A stretch of 64,000 nt of DNA from an uncultured Actinomycetes bacterium (GCA_963697875.1 OY969099.1:986736-1050735), one strand, 5' to 3'. Numbered from the stretch's first letter, positions 26,523 to 40,389 are shown. The notes: generated from the letters alone by a model not told the origin. Made by a program: numbers and translations.

Positions 26523-27293
26523 TCAGGCGGTCGCGCCTGCGTTCTCCCTCACCGTGAGCGTGTCGGCCTTCCTCGCGTGGCGGAAGCCCAGGATCGCCAG
26601 GACCGCGAGCACGATGCCCGCCGCGATCAGGAACCACCCGGCGAACAGCGCGATCGTCGCGACGGTCCACCACCCGTAGGCGTTGAGCATGATCGAGCGG
26701 AGCGTCTCGCCCTTGAACAGGACGTCGGCCTTGCCCTGCAGTTCGGCCGCGGTGTCGGCGTCGAGTCCCTCGGCGCGAGCGGCGGCGCTGGTCTCCGCGT
26801 AGGTCTTGCCGTCGTTGACGCCCGCGAGGTGTCCCGCGATGTAGGTCGCGAAGGCCTCGGCCTCGGGGCCCGTGTCGACCTGCTGGCCGGCGAACTGCCC
26901 GACGCTGGCCTTCTCCTCCGGCGTCATCGCGTCGTACGGCGCGAACGTCACGTTCTCCGGCTGCAGCCGGTCACGCACGCTCTGACGGCCGAAGTTCCCG
27001 CCGAACACGGCGAGCCCACCGACCACGATCAAGGCGACGGCGACGACCGCGGCGACACCGCTGACGAGCCGGTCCCACGTGGATCGTGCGGCGTTCGAGC
27101 CCGAGGACCCTCGTCGATCCTGGTCGCGTAGCGCTTGGCGGTCAGTGGTGAGATCGACCCGATCCGCCCCGTCGGCAGGCGCTGGCAACGTCTGAGTTGA
27201 GGATGCATCCCGCGGCTTTACCGCGTCGTTACTGTCGTTACTTGTGAGCGCCACAGCGCCCTCCCTTTCATCGGGGGGACCCCGCGGCCTCAT
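26523..27293 (-). CDS. Hypothetical membrane protein (N-terminal TM and C-terminal double-TM hairpin)
   Basis: Hydrophobic segments VAAVVAVALIVVGGLAVFGG and WWTVATIALFAGWFLIAAGIVLAVLAILGF. Confidence 0.5.
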   Translation of the reverse strand: MRPRGPPDEREGAVALTSNDSNDAVKPRDASSTQTLPAPADGADRVDLTTDRQALRDQDRRGSSGSNAARSTWDRLVSGVAAVVAVALIVVGGLAVFGGNFGRQSVRDRLQPENVTFAPYDAMTPEEKASVGQFAGQQVDTGPEAEAFATYIAGHLAGVNDGKTYAETSAAARAEGLDADTAAELQGKADVLFKGETLRSIMLNAYGWWTVATIALFAGWFLIAAGIVLAVLAILGFRHARKADTLTVRENAGATA

Positions 27294-27576
27294 CGTAGAA
27301 GTCCCTTGTTCCTTGAATTCATCTTCTCACAACGACACGACGGGACGACCGCCAGCGTCGATCCGGCAACACTAGCGTGGACCTGCGCGCTACCGAGGCC
27401 TCTCGACACTCTGGAGCCAGCCATGCGGCACCTCCTGCCACTCCAGCCCGCGCGTGGCTCCTGCTACCCGCGTGCTACTCGCTGCGGCAGGTCGCTCCGT
27501 CCGGTGTCCCGGCGGGTGAGGCCGCCTGGCCTCCCTCCCCTGGTAGACGGCCCCGGCGGATTACCCAGTTGCTGAG

Positions 27577-27651
27577 TGGGCCTGGATGGACTTGAACCAT
27601 CGACCTCTTCCTTATCAGGGAAGCGCTCTAACCGAGCTGAGCTACAGGCCC
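27577..27651 (-). tRNA. tRNA-Ile (anticodon GAT)
   Basis: GGGCCTG acceptor, GCTCAGCTCGGTTAGAGC D-arm, anticodon loop CTGATAA, GGTTCAAGTCC T-loop, discriminator A. Confidence 0.9.
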
Positions 27652-27710
27652 CATCGCGGTGCGCGGCCAGCCTAGGCAGGGTCCGGAAACTGTGTCAATC
27701 GACGCCGAGC

Positions 27711-28265
27711 TCAGCGCGTGAACCGCTTGGGGCGCTCGGAGAGCGTGACCTCGACACCGCCGAGGATGTCGCTGATCAGGTTGTAGATCAGCGCCACGAG
27801 CGTGGTGACCGCCGACCACGCGACCGCCAGTAGACAGCCGCCCAGGAAGATGTAGGTGAACACGACGGCGCCGTTGATGTGCACCGGCTGCGGCCCGCGG
27901 TTGCTGATCTGGCCCGAGTCGAAGAAGTACCCGAGCAGCCGCTCGAACGAATCCAGGGCTCCGGCGGCTTGCAGCACCAGATAGATGATCAGCAGGGCCA
28001 GGAAGACGATCAGCATCCCGCAGAACGAGAACAACAGCGAGAACTTGAAGACCGACCAGATGCCGACCCGGCGGATCTCGACGCGGGTGCGACGAGGACC
28101 CGGTGGAAGGTCGGACAGCGGTCGGCGGGCCCGGCGCGGACGCCCGAGCTCCACGCCCTGCGTTCGCTCCCCCACGTCCGGGGTCGCGGAGGACGCCACG
28201 AACGTGGCCGGCGCTGGGGGCGGGTCGCTGCCCTGCGCCACGGGGTCGTCTGCGGTCTGGGCCAT
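27711..28265 (-). CDS. DUF3566-like conserved actinobacterial membrane protein (Rv0007-like, downstream of gyrA)
   Basis: Position downstream of gyrA and before tRNA-Ile, as in mycobacteria. Hydrophilic Pro/Ala/Arg-rich N-terminus, then two TM helices. Internal ATG 28265 chosen. Confidence 0.65.
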   Translation of the reverse strand: MAQTADDPVAQGSDPPPAPATFVASSATPDVGERTQGVELGRPRRARRPLSDLPPGPRRTRVEIRRVGIWSVFKFSLLFSFCGMLIVFLALLIIYLVLQAAGALDSFERLLGYFFDSGQISNRGPQPVHINGAVVFTYIFLGGCLLAVAWSAVTTLVALIYNLISDILGGVEVTLSERPKRFTR

Positions 28266-28326
28266 CGTCAAGCTTCTCGCGAGAGGTTGTAAGGGTACGC
28301 CGACGCGAACGCAAACACCCGCAAGG

Positions 28327-28590
28327 TCAGGTTCTGAACGGTCCTCCGGGCGCGAAGAGCGCCCTGACCTGCAACGGTACCGCAACACCGAGCACCAGCG
28401 GCGCCACGATCCACGATCCCAGGCCGACGTCGCCGACCACGAGCAGTCCCCCCAGGGCCACGCCCGCGCCCGCTGCCGCTGCGATCAGGGTCATGAGGAC
28501 CCCGGAGATCCTGCGGCGCAGGACCGACGCGCCGATCGCCAGGGTGGCCGTGGAGAACGCGACGATCGCCCAGCCTGCCACATCGCCCAT
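28327..28590 (-). CDS. Possible small membrane protein
   Basis: Hydrophobic ORF between gyrA and the DUF3566 gene. The start is uncertain (28590 or 28629). Confidence 0.3.
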   Translation of the reverse strand: MGDVAGWAIVAFSTATLAIGASVLRRRISGVLMTLIAAAAGAGVALGGLLVVGDVGLGSWIVAPLVLGVAVPLQVRALFAPGGPFRT

Positions 28591-28631
28591 GGCCGCAAGG
28601 ATAGGCCGCACACGGCTGCAAAGATGCACGC

Positions 28632-28940
28632 GTGAACGCCCTTCGTGACGACGAACGGGCCCGCCGCGGATTCGCCCTCGCGCTCGCGGGCGCCGTCGGC
28701 ATCCCCGTTCTCGTGGCCGTGCTCGTCGCGCTCCCTCAGGGGTGGCGGAAGGCTGTCTTCGTCGTCGGGATGGCGGCCGTGTGCGCGGCCAGCCTGCGTG
28801 GCGGGACGATGGCGCGCACGGCCATGCTCGGGACCACCGGGCGCCGCGGCTTGGCCGTGGCCGGCACCTTCCTCGGGCTGATCCTCGGCGTGACGACCGC
28901 CGTGTTCCTGTTCTGGACGCTGGTGAGCCTGGTGGCTTGA
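28632..28940 (+). CDS. Possible small membrane protein (102 aa), convergent with gyrA
   Basis: Three hydrophobic segments. No motif. Confidence 0.3.
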   Translation: MNALRDDERARRGFALALAGAVGIPVLVAVLVALPQGWRKAVFVVGMAAVCAASLRGGTMARTAMLGTTGRRGLAVAGTFLGLILGVTTAVFLFWTLVSLVA

Positions 28941-28953
28941 CGCGCGGCCGCGA

Positions 28954-31404
<2,451 letters not shown>

Positions 31405-31413
31405 CGTTTCCCC

Positions 31414-33516
<2,103 letters not shown>

Positions 33517-33867
33517 TCAGCGATCCGACGGCCCTCTGCCGACCACGACGCGCACCCGCGTCACGACACCTCCTCCGAGCGCGTCGTCGGCGCGCTTGCG
33601 GATCTCGTCGGCAAGGAAGGAGGCCTGCGCCCCCCACGGCCCGTCGTTCGCCCGCACGACCAGCACGCCCGCCTGAAGCGACGCCGGCTGGGTCGCCCCG
33701 GCGAGCCGCTCTCCCACCAGTTGCGGCCACCGCGCGGCCAGCTTCGCGATGGGCATCCCGCGGCTGAACACCTCCTGGGCGAGCAGGCCGTCGACCACCT
33801 CGCCCAGACCGACGGGGTCCTCGCTGCGCCGCTCGCGTCGACGCCCGTAGCCCTTCGAGTGCGGCAT
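33517..33867 (-). CDS. DUF721 (DciA-like) domain protein between recF and gyrB (Rv0004-like)
   Basis: Conserved position. Its ATG overlaps the recF stop (TGATG). The upstream Arg-rich extension of the ORF is discarded. Confidence 0.65.
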   Translation of the reverse strand: MPHSKGYGRRRERRSEDPVGLGEVVDGLLAQEVFSRGMPIAKLAARWPQLVGERLAGATQPASLQAGVLVVRANDGPWGAQASFLADEIRKRADDALGGGVVTRVRVVVGRGPSDR

Positions 33868-34964
33868 CAGGCGGCCTTCCGCGGCGTGACGGAGCCGGCC
33901 GCCACGTCCCACACGGCGTCGGCGTGCGCCGGCACGTCGTCCTCGTCGGCGACGCTGATCACCACCTGACCCCCGCGTCCCGCAAGTCGCTCGCCGATCC
34001 GGTCGCGACGGCGCGGGTCGAGCGCGCTGTACGGGTCGTCCACGAGCAGCAGCGCCGGCTCTCCGAGCTCGTGCTCCACGGCGGTCGCGAGCCCGAGCCG
34101 CAGGCAGAGCGCCGCCGCCCACGTCTCGCCGTGGGAGCCGAAGGCCCGGGCGCCCATGTCGCGGACCGCCAGCTCGAGGTCGTCTCGGTGCGGCCCGACG
34201 AGCGAGGTTCGCCGCAGGAGCTCGTCGGCGCGGCGCTCCGCCAGCCGTTCGCGGAACGCAGCCTCGACGTCCTCGGCGGCGGGCACGTTCGGCTCGTACC
34301 GCACCACCAGCTCGTACCCGGCCAGGTGCAGGAACTCCTCGCTCGCGTGCGGCGCGATCCGTTCCGCGGCGTCGGCGCGGGCTCTGATCACGGCCATGCC
34401 GGCCTGGACGAGCTGGTCGTCCCACGCGTCGAGGCCGGCCGGCGCGCCGCGTCCCTCGTGCTCCTTGAGGAGCCGGTTCCGCTGTCGCAGGACCTTGTCG
34501 TAGGCGGTCGTGAGCGTGTCTCGCGCCGGATGCAGCTCGACGACCACCTCGTCGAGGAACGTGCGCCGTTTCGAGGGATCGCCGATGACGACCGGGAGAT
34601 CGAAGGGACCGAAGAGCACCGCCCGGACCTGCTTGCGGAGATCGCGCTTGCGCCGGACCGGTGAGCGGTTCACGTGCACGCGCGTCGCGCCACGACGCGG
34701 GATCTCCACCTCGACGAGAACGCGGCCGAGCAGCGTCTCGAACTCACCGCGCACGTATGCGTGCTCCGCGCCGTGTCGCACGAGCGACTCGCTCGAAGAG
34801 GCGCGTGGGCTCCCGAGCGCGTAGAGCAAGTGCATGCCCTCCAGAAGGTTCGTCTTGCCCTCCCCGTTCGGACCGACCGCCACGATCAATCCGTCGGGCA
34901 CCGGGTCGATCGCGGTGTGGGCGTGGTTGCGGAAGTCGCGAAGCTCCACCCACGCGAGCCGCAT
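33867..34964 (-). CDS. recF: DNA replication and repair protein RecF
   Basis: Walker A VGPNGEGKTNLLEG near the N-terminus and an SMC-like signature/Walker B near the C-terminus (LLLVDDPYSALD). Confidence 0.9.
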   Translation of the reverse strand: MRLAWVELRDFRNHAHTAIDPVPDGLIVAVGPNGEGKTNLLEGMHLLYALGSPRASSSESLVRHGAEHAYVRGEFETLLGRVLVEVEIPRRGATRVHVNRSPVRRKRDLRKQVRAVLFGPFDLPVVIGDPSKRRTFLDEVVVELHPARDTLTTAYDKVLRQRNRLLKEHEGRGAPAGLDAWDDQLVQAGMAVIRARADAAERIAPHASEEFLHLAGYELVVRYEPNVPAAEDVEAAFRERLAERRADELLRRTSLVGPHRDDLELAVRDMGARAFGSHGETWAAALCLRLGLATAVEHELGEPALLLVDDPYSALDPRRRDRIGERLAGRGGQVVISVADEDDVPAHADAVWDVAAGSVTPRKAA

Positions 34965-34989
34965 GCGGGAACAGCCTCGCGGAACCGGC

Positions 34990-36093
34990 TCAGGACACGG
35001 CGGCGGGCAGGCGGACCGGCATGACGAGGTACGTGTACGCGTCGGACTCGCCTCGCACCACGCCCGGCTTCAACCCGTCGCGGACGTCCAGCCTCACCGT
35101 CTCGCCGACCGAGGCCGTCAGCCCGTCGATCAGGTACTGGGGGTTGAACGCGACCGTGAGGTCCTCTCCCTCGTACCGGGCTTCCACCGTCTCGATCGCC
35201 TGCCCGAGATCGGGCGACGAGCTCGACAGTTTCACACCGAGCGCGTTGAACTCCAACCTGACCGGCGTCGTGTCGCGCGCGAGCAGCCCGACACGACGAA
35301 CCGCGTCGAGCAGTTGCTGGCGCGAGACCGTGAGCCGGCTCTCGTGGACGTCGGGCAGGAGCTGCCGGTAGTTTGGGAACTCGCCCTCGATCAGGCGAGA
35401 CGTCAAGGTGAGGCCGCCCGCGCGGAACGAGACCTGCGCCTCGTCGACGAGGATCTCCACGGTTCCCTTCTCGTCGGTGGACGCCGCGCGGCCGGCTTCG
35501 GACAACGCCCGCTCCGGAACGATCGCTCGCGCCTCGCCGTCGGCGCTCGCGAGCAGGTCGCGCACCGCCAGCCTGTAGGAGTCGGTGGCCACGAGCACGC
35601 ACCCTTCGCGACTGACCTCGATCAGAACCCCGGTCAGGACCGGCCGCGCCTCGTCGCGGCTGGCCGCGCGCCCCACCTGCGAGACGGCCTCCGCGAACGC
35701 CGCCGCCTGCGCCTCGACGCGGGTTCCGCCCGGCTCCTGCAAGCCGGGGAAGTCCTCGGCGGGGAGAAGTCGCAGCGACCCCTCGTAGGCGGCGCACCGG
35801 ATCCGCGCCTGCGATTGGTCCGTCTCGAACTCGACCGGCGCGTCGGAGAGCGACTTCACCGTGTCGCCCACCAGCCGAGCGGGCACCAACCCGACGCCGG
35901 GCTCGGTCACCTGCACGTCGACGGACAACCGCGCCGACACCTCGAGGTCGGTGGTGGTCATCGTCAGCGTGCCGCTCTCCGCGGCCTCGAGGAGTACCCC
36001 GGTCAGCGCCGGGATCCCGGGGCGGGACGACACACCGCGCTGGACCGTCTGCAACGCCTCCGACAGCGCGTCTCGATCGCATCGGAACTTCAC
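34990..36093 (-). CDS. dnaN: DNA polymerase III beta sliding clamp
   Basis: Three-domain beta-clamp pattern. Starts MKFRCDRDALSEALQTVQRGV. Position between recF and dnaA. Confidence 0.95.
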   Translation of the reverse strand: MKFRCDRDALSEALQTVQRGVSSRPGIPALTGVLLEAAESGTLTMTTTDLEVSARLSVDVQVTEPGVGLVPARLVGDTVKSLSDAPVEFETDQSQARIRCAAYEGSLRLLPAEDFPGLQEPGGTRVEAQAAAFAEAVSQVGRAASRDEARPVLTGVLIEVSREGCVLVATDSYRLAVRDLLASADGEARAIVPERALSEAGRAASTDEKGTVEILVDEAQVSFRAGGLTLTSRLIEGEFPNYRQLLPDVHESRLTVSRQQLLDAVRRVGLLARDTTPVRLEFNALGVKLSSSSPDLGQAIETVEARYEGEDLTVAFNPQYLIDGLTASVGETVRLDVRDGLKPGVVRGESDAYTYLVMPVRLPAAVS

Positions 36094-36295
36094 AGCGTTC
36101 CTCCCTGTATCTGAATGGTCTTTCCTTCACCCCAGTAGTGGTAGGGCGTGTGGAACGGTGGAACACTCACCCGTTCCCGCAGCGTAGTGGGCCCGTCCGA
36201 CATGGGGACGGAGTGTGGACAATGTGTCGTCGCGATTCGGGCTCGCCCCGATCGGGGCGAGGGCTCCCCGGTCCATCCCAGGCTTGTCCACACGC
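36094..36295. promoter_or_regulatory. dnaA-dnaN intergenic region with DnaA boxes (candidate oriC core)
   Basis: Two perfect actinobacterial-type boxes TTGTCCACA in opposite orientation (36214-36222 as TGTGGACAA; 36284-36292), plus degenerate TCCACA-core boxes at about 36132-36150. Confidence 0.6.
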
Positions 36296-37720
36296 TCACG
36301 CGGCACCTCGGACCCGTCCGCGCACGATCCTCGTGAGGTCCTGGACCTGACGGAACGTCTGGTCGCGGGCGCGCATCTCCTCCTCGACCTTCTTGATGCC
36401 GTGCAGGACGGTGGTGTGGTCGCGACCGCCGAAGATCTCCCCGATCTTGACCAGCGAGAGCCCGGTGCACTCGCGCATCAGGTACATCGCGATGTGCCGC
36501 GCCTGGGTGAGCGGCCGTGAACGCGACTTCGACGTGAGGTCGCCGGTGCTGAGCGAGAAGTACTGGGCCGTCTCCTCCATGATGAGCGGGGGTGGGATCT
36601 CGTGTTCGGTCTGCGGGATCAGGTCCTGCAGCGCTCGCTCTGCCAAGACCTGATCGATCGGCTGGCCGGTAAGCTCGGACCACGCGACGACACGGACGAT
36701 CGCACCCTCGAGTTCGCGGACCGATTGATCGAACTTCGAGGCCACGAACTCGATCACGTCGTGCGGCACCGTCAGGCGCTCGCGCTCGGCCTTCAGCTGC
36801 AGGATCGCGATGCGCGTCTCCAGGTCGGGAGGCTGCACGTCGACGCACAAACCCCACCGGAACCGGTTCACGAGTCGTTCCTCCAACCCCGAGAGCTCGT
36901 GGGGTGGACGGTCGGACGCGATCACGATCTGCTTGGCGCCGGCGTGGAGGTGGTTGAAGGTGTGGAAGAACTCGGTCTGCGTCTCCTCGCGCTTGGCGAG
37001 GAACTGGATGTCGTCGACCAGCAGGACGTCGACCTCACGGTACTTCTGCCGGAAACGGTCGCCCTGCCGCTCGCGCACCGACGTGATGAACTCGGTCACG
37101 AAGCGCTCCGACGTCACGTACTTCACGCGGATGCCGGCGCTCAGCCGGTACATATGATGACCGATCGCGACGAGCAGGTGCGTCTTTCCGAGCCCGACTC
37201 CCCCGTAGATGAACAGCGGGTTGTACGCGGTCGAAGGCGGTGCTTCGGCCACGGCCATCGCAGCCGCGTGCGCGAACCGGTTCGACGGACCCGGCACGAA
37301 CGCGTCGAAGGTGTAGTTGGGGAACGGTAGCCCGGGGGCGCCCAGCGGCTTGCTCTGCGCTTGCGGCTCGGCGACCGCGGGAGCCCCGATCGCGGCGTAC
37401 GAAGCGGGGGGTGCGGAGCGCGCGACGGGGACGTCCTCGAGCGGGTGGCGAAGCCCCTCCTCCACCTCGAAGTCGACCTTGACGGGGCGGCCACACGATG
37501 TCGCGACGGCCTGCTCGATCATGCTGAGATGGTTGTGCTGCAGGCGTTCCCGAACCATGGCGCTCGGCACCTTCAGGGTTAGGACGTCGTCTCGGATCCG
37601 CTCGGGGCGTACGTCGGAGAACCACATCACCACCGTGGTCTCCGGAAGCTCCGCCCGAGCACGCCTCAGCACCAGGGACCAAGCGTCACGCACCGCGTGA
37701 TCAGGGTAAGCGTGCGCCAT
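36296..37720 (-). CDS. dnaA: Chromosomal replication initiator DnaA
   Basis: AAA+ Walker A GGVGLGKTHLL, Walker B VLLVDDIQF, box VII, and C-terminal DNA-binding domain (IAMYLMRECTGLSLVKIGEIFGGRDHTTVLH). Start at ATG 37720 (MAHAYPDH). Confidence 0.95.
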   Translation of the reverse strand: MAHAYPDHAVRDAWSLVLRRARAELPETTVVMWFSDVRPERIRDDVLTLKVPSAMVRERLQHNHLSMIEQAVATSCGRPVKVDFEVEEGLRHPLEDVPVARSAPPASYAAIGAPAVAEPQAQSKPLGAPGLPFPNYTFDAFVPGPSNRFAHAAAMAVAEAPPSTAYNPLFIYGGVGLGKTHLLVAIGHHMYRLSAGIRVKYVTSERFVTEFITSVRERQGDRFRQKYREVDVLLVDDIQFLAKREETQTEFFHTFNHLHAGAKQIVIASDRPPHELSGLEERLVNRFRWGLCVDVQPPDLETRIAILQLKAERERLTVPHDVIEFVASKFDQSVRELEGAIVRVVAWSELTGQPIDQVLAERALQDLIPQTEHEIPPPLIMEETAQYFSLSTGDLTSKSRSRPLTQARHIAMYLMRECTGLSLVKIGEIFGGRDHTTVLHGIKKVEEEMRARDQTFRQVQDLTRIVRGRVRGAA

Positions 37721-37976
37721 GCCTATTCCACAGGACCTTTCCACATCGGTGGATAACCCAATAGGGAAGGGTCTCCACGGACGCCGGACGGTCGTGGACC
37801 GTCTCGCCGGGGGGAAGCGGCCGTGAACATAGCACGGTGATTTTCCACACCGCACGCCCGCAGCGGGGTCTTGGCACACTTTCTCTTGTCAAGAGGTTTG
37901 TCCAGCGAGGATGACTCCCCGCTATACTCGTCGCGGCCGGCCCCGCCGGCCCTTCGCATCGAGAGGACGCACCATC
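37721..37976. promoter_or_regulatory. dnaA upstream / rpmH intergenic region with several imperfect DnaA boxes (dnaA autoregulatory region and possibly the second part of oriC)
   Basis: GGTGGATAAC (TTATCCACC), TTTTCCACA, TATTCCACA, TTTCCACAT and TTGTCCAGC all read within 37726-37906. Confidence 0.5.
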
Positions 37977-38120
37977 ATGGCCAAGGGGAAGCGCACCTAC
38001 CAACCGAACAACCGGCATCGCGCGAAGACCCACGGGTTCCGTCATCGCATGCGCACGCGCGCGGGCCGGGCGATCCTGGCGTCGCGCCGACGGAAGGGCC
38101 GCGAGCGGCTCGCCGTCTGA
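37977..38120 (+). CDS. rpmH: 50S ribosomal protein L34
   Basis: [47 protein letters not shown] with a GAGAGGA RBS. Confidence 0.9.
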   Translation: MAKGKRTYQPNNRHRAKTHGFRHRMRTRAGRAILASRRRKGRERLAV

Positions 38121-38142
38121 GGCCGCCCCGCGCGAGCGGCTC

Positions 38143-38445
38143 GTGCGCGCCAGCGAGGTTCGACGCGTGCTCGGCGAAGCCCGTCCACTGCACGGAGAGC
38201 GGGTGGTAGTGTTTCTCGCGCTCGGGAGCGGAGGAGCCGCATTCGTGGCCGGTCGTCGTGTGGGCGGCGCGGTCGAGCGGAACCGGGCGCGACGAATCCT
38301 GAGGGAGGCCTGGCGCGTGGTCGCGCCCCAGGTCGGGGACGGTTACGACATCGTCCTGGTCGCCCGATCGGGCATCCGGGGCTCGAAGACGCAGGATCTG
38401 GTGGCCGAGATGACCGAACTGCTCCGGGGACGCCCCCGCCCGTGA
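38143..38445 (+). CDS. rnpA: Ribonuclease P protein component
   Basis: RNRARRILREA (RNR-motif). Position after rpmH. GTG start. Confidence 0.85.
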   Translation: MRASEVRRVLGEARPLHGERVVVFLALGSGGAAFVAGRRVGGAVERNRARRILREAWRVVAPQVGDGYDIVLVARSGIRGSKTQDLVAEMTELLRGRPRP

Positions 38446-38741
38446 ACCCCGCGCGTCGCACCCTGTGGAACGCCGGTGCGCCGGCGCGCGCCGCGCTCGT
38501 GCTGCTGATCCGCGCTTATCGGGCCACGCTGTCGGGGTGGCTGGGTGGGCAATGCCGCTTCTACCCCACGTGCAGCGTCTACGCGGAGCACGCGATCCGG
38601 AACCGCGGTGCGATCCGGGGAGCGCTCCTTGCGACGTGGCGTGTCCTGCGCTGCAACCCCTTCGGGACGGGTGGTGTGGAGAGCCCGCCCAACGCGCGGT
38701 ATGACGGCGTCGTACACACCCACGAAGGAGCGGACGCCTAG
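38442..38741 (+). CDS. yidD: Membrane protein insertion efficiency factor YidD
   Basis: CRFYPTCSVYAEHAI...LRCNPFGTGG signature. ATGA overlap with rnpA. Confidence 0.85.
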   Translation: MNPARRTLWNAGAPARAALVLLIRAYRATLSGWLGGQCRFYPTCSVYAEHAIRNRGAIRGALLATWRVLRCNPFGTGGVESPPNARYDGVVHTHEGADA

Positions 38742-39853
38742 TGCTCGCGATCGCCGCGTGGCAGACGCTCCTGGATGCCTTCGGCTGGGCGCTCGCCAAG
38801 GTCTACGACGTCGTCCCGAACTACGGCGTGGCCATCATCATCCTGACGCTGGTCATCAAGCTCATCCTGCTGCCGCTCGGCATCCGGCAGATCAAGTCGA
38901 TGCAGCACATGCAAGCGATCCAGCCGAAGATCAAGGAGCTCCAGAAGAAGTACAAGAACAACAAGGCCAAGCAGCAGGAGGAGACGATGCGCCTCTACAA
39001 GGAGGCCGGCGTCAACCCGCTGGGCGGCTGCCTCCCCTTGCTGCTGCAGTTCCCGATCCTGATCGCGATGTACGCGGTGATCCGAACACCGGTCCCGAAC
39101 GCCGACTACGTCTCGCCCACTGCGACGCCGAACGTTCCCGCCTACCTGAACAATCACTTCCCCGTGGGCTCCGAGCTGTACCGCGTCGTCACACAGCACG
39201 ACACGGCCGGCACCAGTTTCCTCTACATGAACCTCCAGTGCTCCCTCAGCCAGTCGGGGACCAAGGTGCAGGTCGTGGCGTCGGACAAGCAGCCGGCGAC
39301 CACTCCCGACGGCCAGCCGATACTGCTGGACTGCGGGGACAAGAAGTTCCCCGACGTGATCCCCTACGCGCTCCTGCTGCTGCTGATGATCGCGTCCACC
39401 TTCTATCAGCAGCAGCAGATGCAGCGCGCGAGCCCACCGGGCGCCCAGTCGAGCCAGCAGCAGCAGATCATGCGGTTTTTCCCGCTGATGTTCGCTTTCC
39501 TCGGGCTCACGTTCCCGTCCGGATTGGTGCTCTACTGGACGTTGTCCAACCTGTTCCAGGTGGGCCAGCAGAGCTTCCTGATGCGTGCCGGGCACATCGG
39601 CCCCGACGCGCTCGAGCGACGGATGGCCGAACAGCGCGAGAAGATGGCCAACAAGGAGAACCAGCCGGCGAAGCAGGGATTCATGGCCAGGATGACGGAG
39701 CGCGCTGAGCAGGCGCAGAAACAACGCGACCAGAACCAGCGACGGACCCAGCCGAAGAAACCGCCCCCGAAGGGGCGGAGCCGGCCCAGAACGACCAAGC
39801 CGCAGCGTCCGCGTCCGAACAAGGATCCCAAGCCGCCGAAGGACGAGGTATGA
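38741..39853 (+). CDS. yidC: Membrane protein insertase YidC
   Basis: Conserved YidC/Oxa1 core (QPKIKELQKKYKNNKAKQQEETMRLYKEAGVNPLGGCLP). GTG overlapping the yidD stop. Confidence 0.9.
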   Translation: MLAIAAWQTLLDAFGWALAKVYDVVPNYGVAIIILTLVIKLILLPLGIRQIKSMQHMQAIQPKIKELQKKYKNNKAKQQEETMRLYKEAGVNPLGGCLPLLLQFPILIAMYAVIRTPVPNADYVSPTATPNVPAYLNNHFPVGSELYRVVTQHDTAGTSFLYMNLQCSLSQSGTKVQVVASDKQPATTPDGQPILLDCGDKKFPDVIPYALLLLLMIASTFYQQQQMQRASPPGAQSSQQQQIMRFFPLMFAFLGLTFPSGLVLYWTLSNLFQVGQQSFLMRAGHIGPDALERRMAEQREKMANKENQPAKQGFMARMTERAEQAQKQRDQNQRRTQPKKPPPKGRSRPRTTKPQRPRPNKDPKPPKDEV

Positions 39854-40359
39854 GCGGCCGCGGCGACACCGGCGAACCCCAGGAGCCCATCGAGGAGGAC
39901 CTCGAGGAGCAGGCCGACGCCGTGGCCGACTTCGTCGAGGATCTGCTCGGGCACATGCAGATCGACGCGATCGCGGAGCCCTCGCAGCACAGCGGGCGGA
40001 TGTACGTGGACATCCTGGATGGCTCCGAGGACGATATGGCGCTCCTGATCGGCAAGCACGGGCAGACGCTCGACGCGATCCAGGAGCTGGCCCGCCAGGC
40101 GGTGGGTCACCGTCTCGACGAGCGGATCCGGGTCATCGTGGACGTTGAGGATTACCGCAAGCGTCGCGAGACCCGGCTCGAGGAGCGGGCCAGGGAGGCC
40201 GCCGAGCGGGTACTCCAAGAGGGCGGCGAGGAAGAGCTCGAGCCGATGAACGCCCTGGAGCGGAAGATCGTCCACGACGCGGTAGCGGGGATCGAAGGGG
40301 TCGAGACGTTCTCACGCGGCGAGGAGCCGAACCGCTTCGTCGTGATCAGCCTGCTCTGA
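39850..40359 (+). CDS. jag: Jag/KhpB-like RNA-binding protein (KH + R3H domains)
   Basis: Acidic N-terminus, KH-like region and C-terminal R3H (ERKIVHDAVAGIEGVETFSRGEEPNRFVVI). ATGA overlap with yidC. Confidence 0.85.
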   Translation: MSGRGDTGEPQEPIEEDLEEQADAVADFVEDLLGHMQIDAIAEPSQHSGRMYVDILDGSEDDMALLIGKHGQTLDAIQELARQAVGHRLDERIRVIVDVEDYRKRRETRLEERAREAAERVLQEGGEEELEPMNALERKIVHDAVAGIEGVETFSRGEEPNRFVVISLL

Positions 40360-40389
40360 TCGCGCGAAGGCCGTCGCGAGCACCGGGAG

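Larger units (their letters stand above)
24758..27576. mobile_element. Integrase-less 2.8 kb segment bracketed by tRNA-Ile and its 3'-fragment repeat (possible remnant island)
   Basis: Direct repeats with classical geometry (element immediately 3' of the intact tRNA). Patchy lower-GC DNA. Few convincing genes. Confidence 0.4.
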
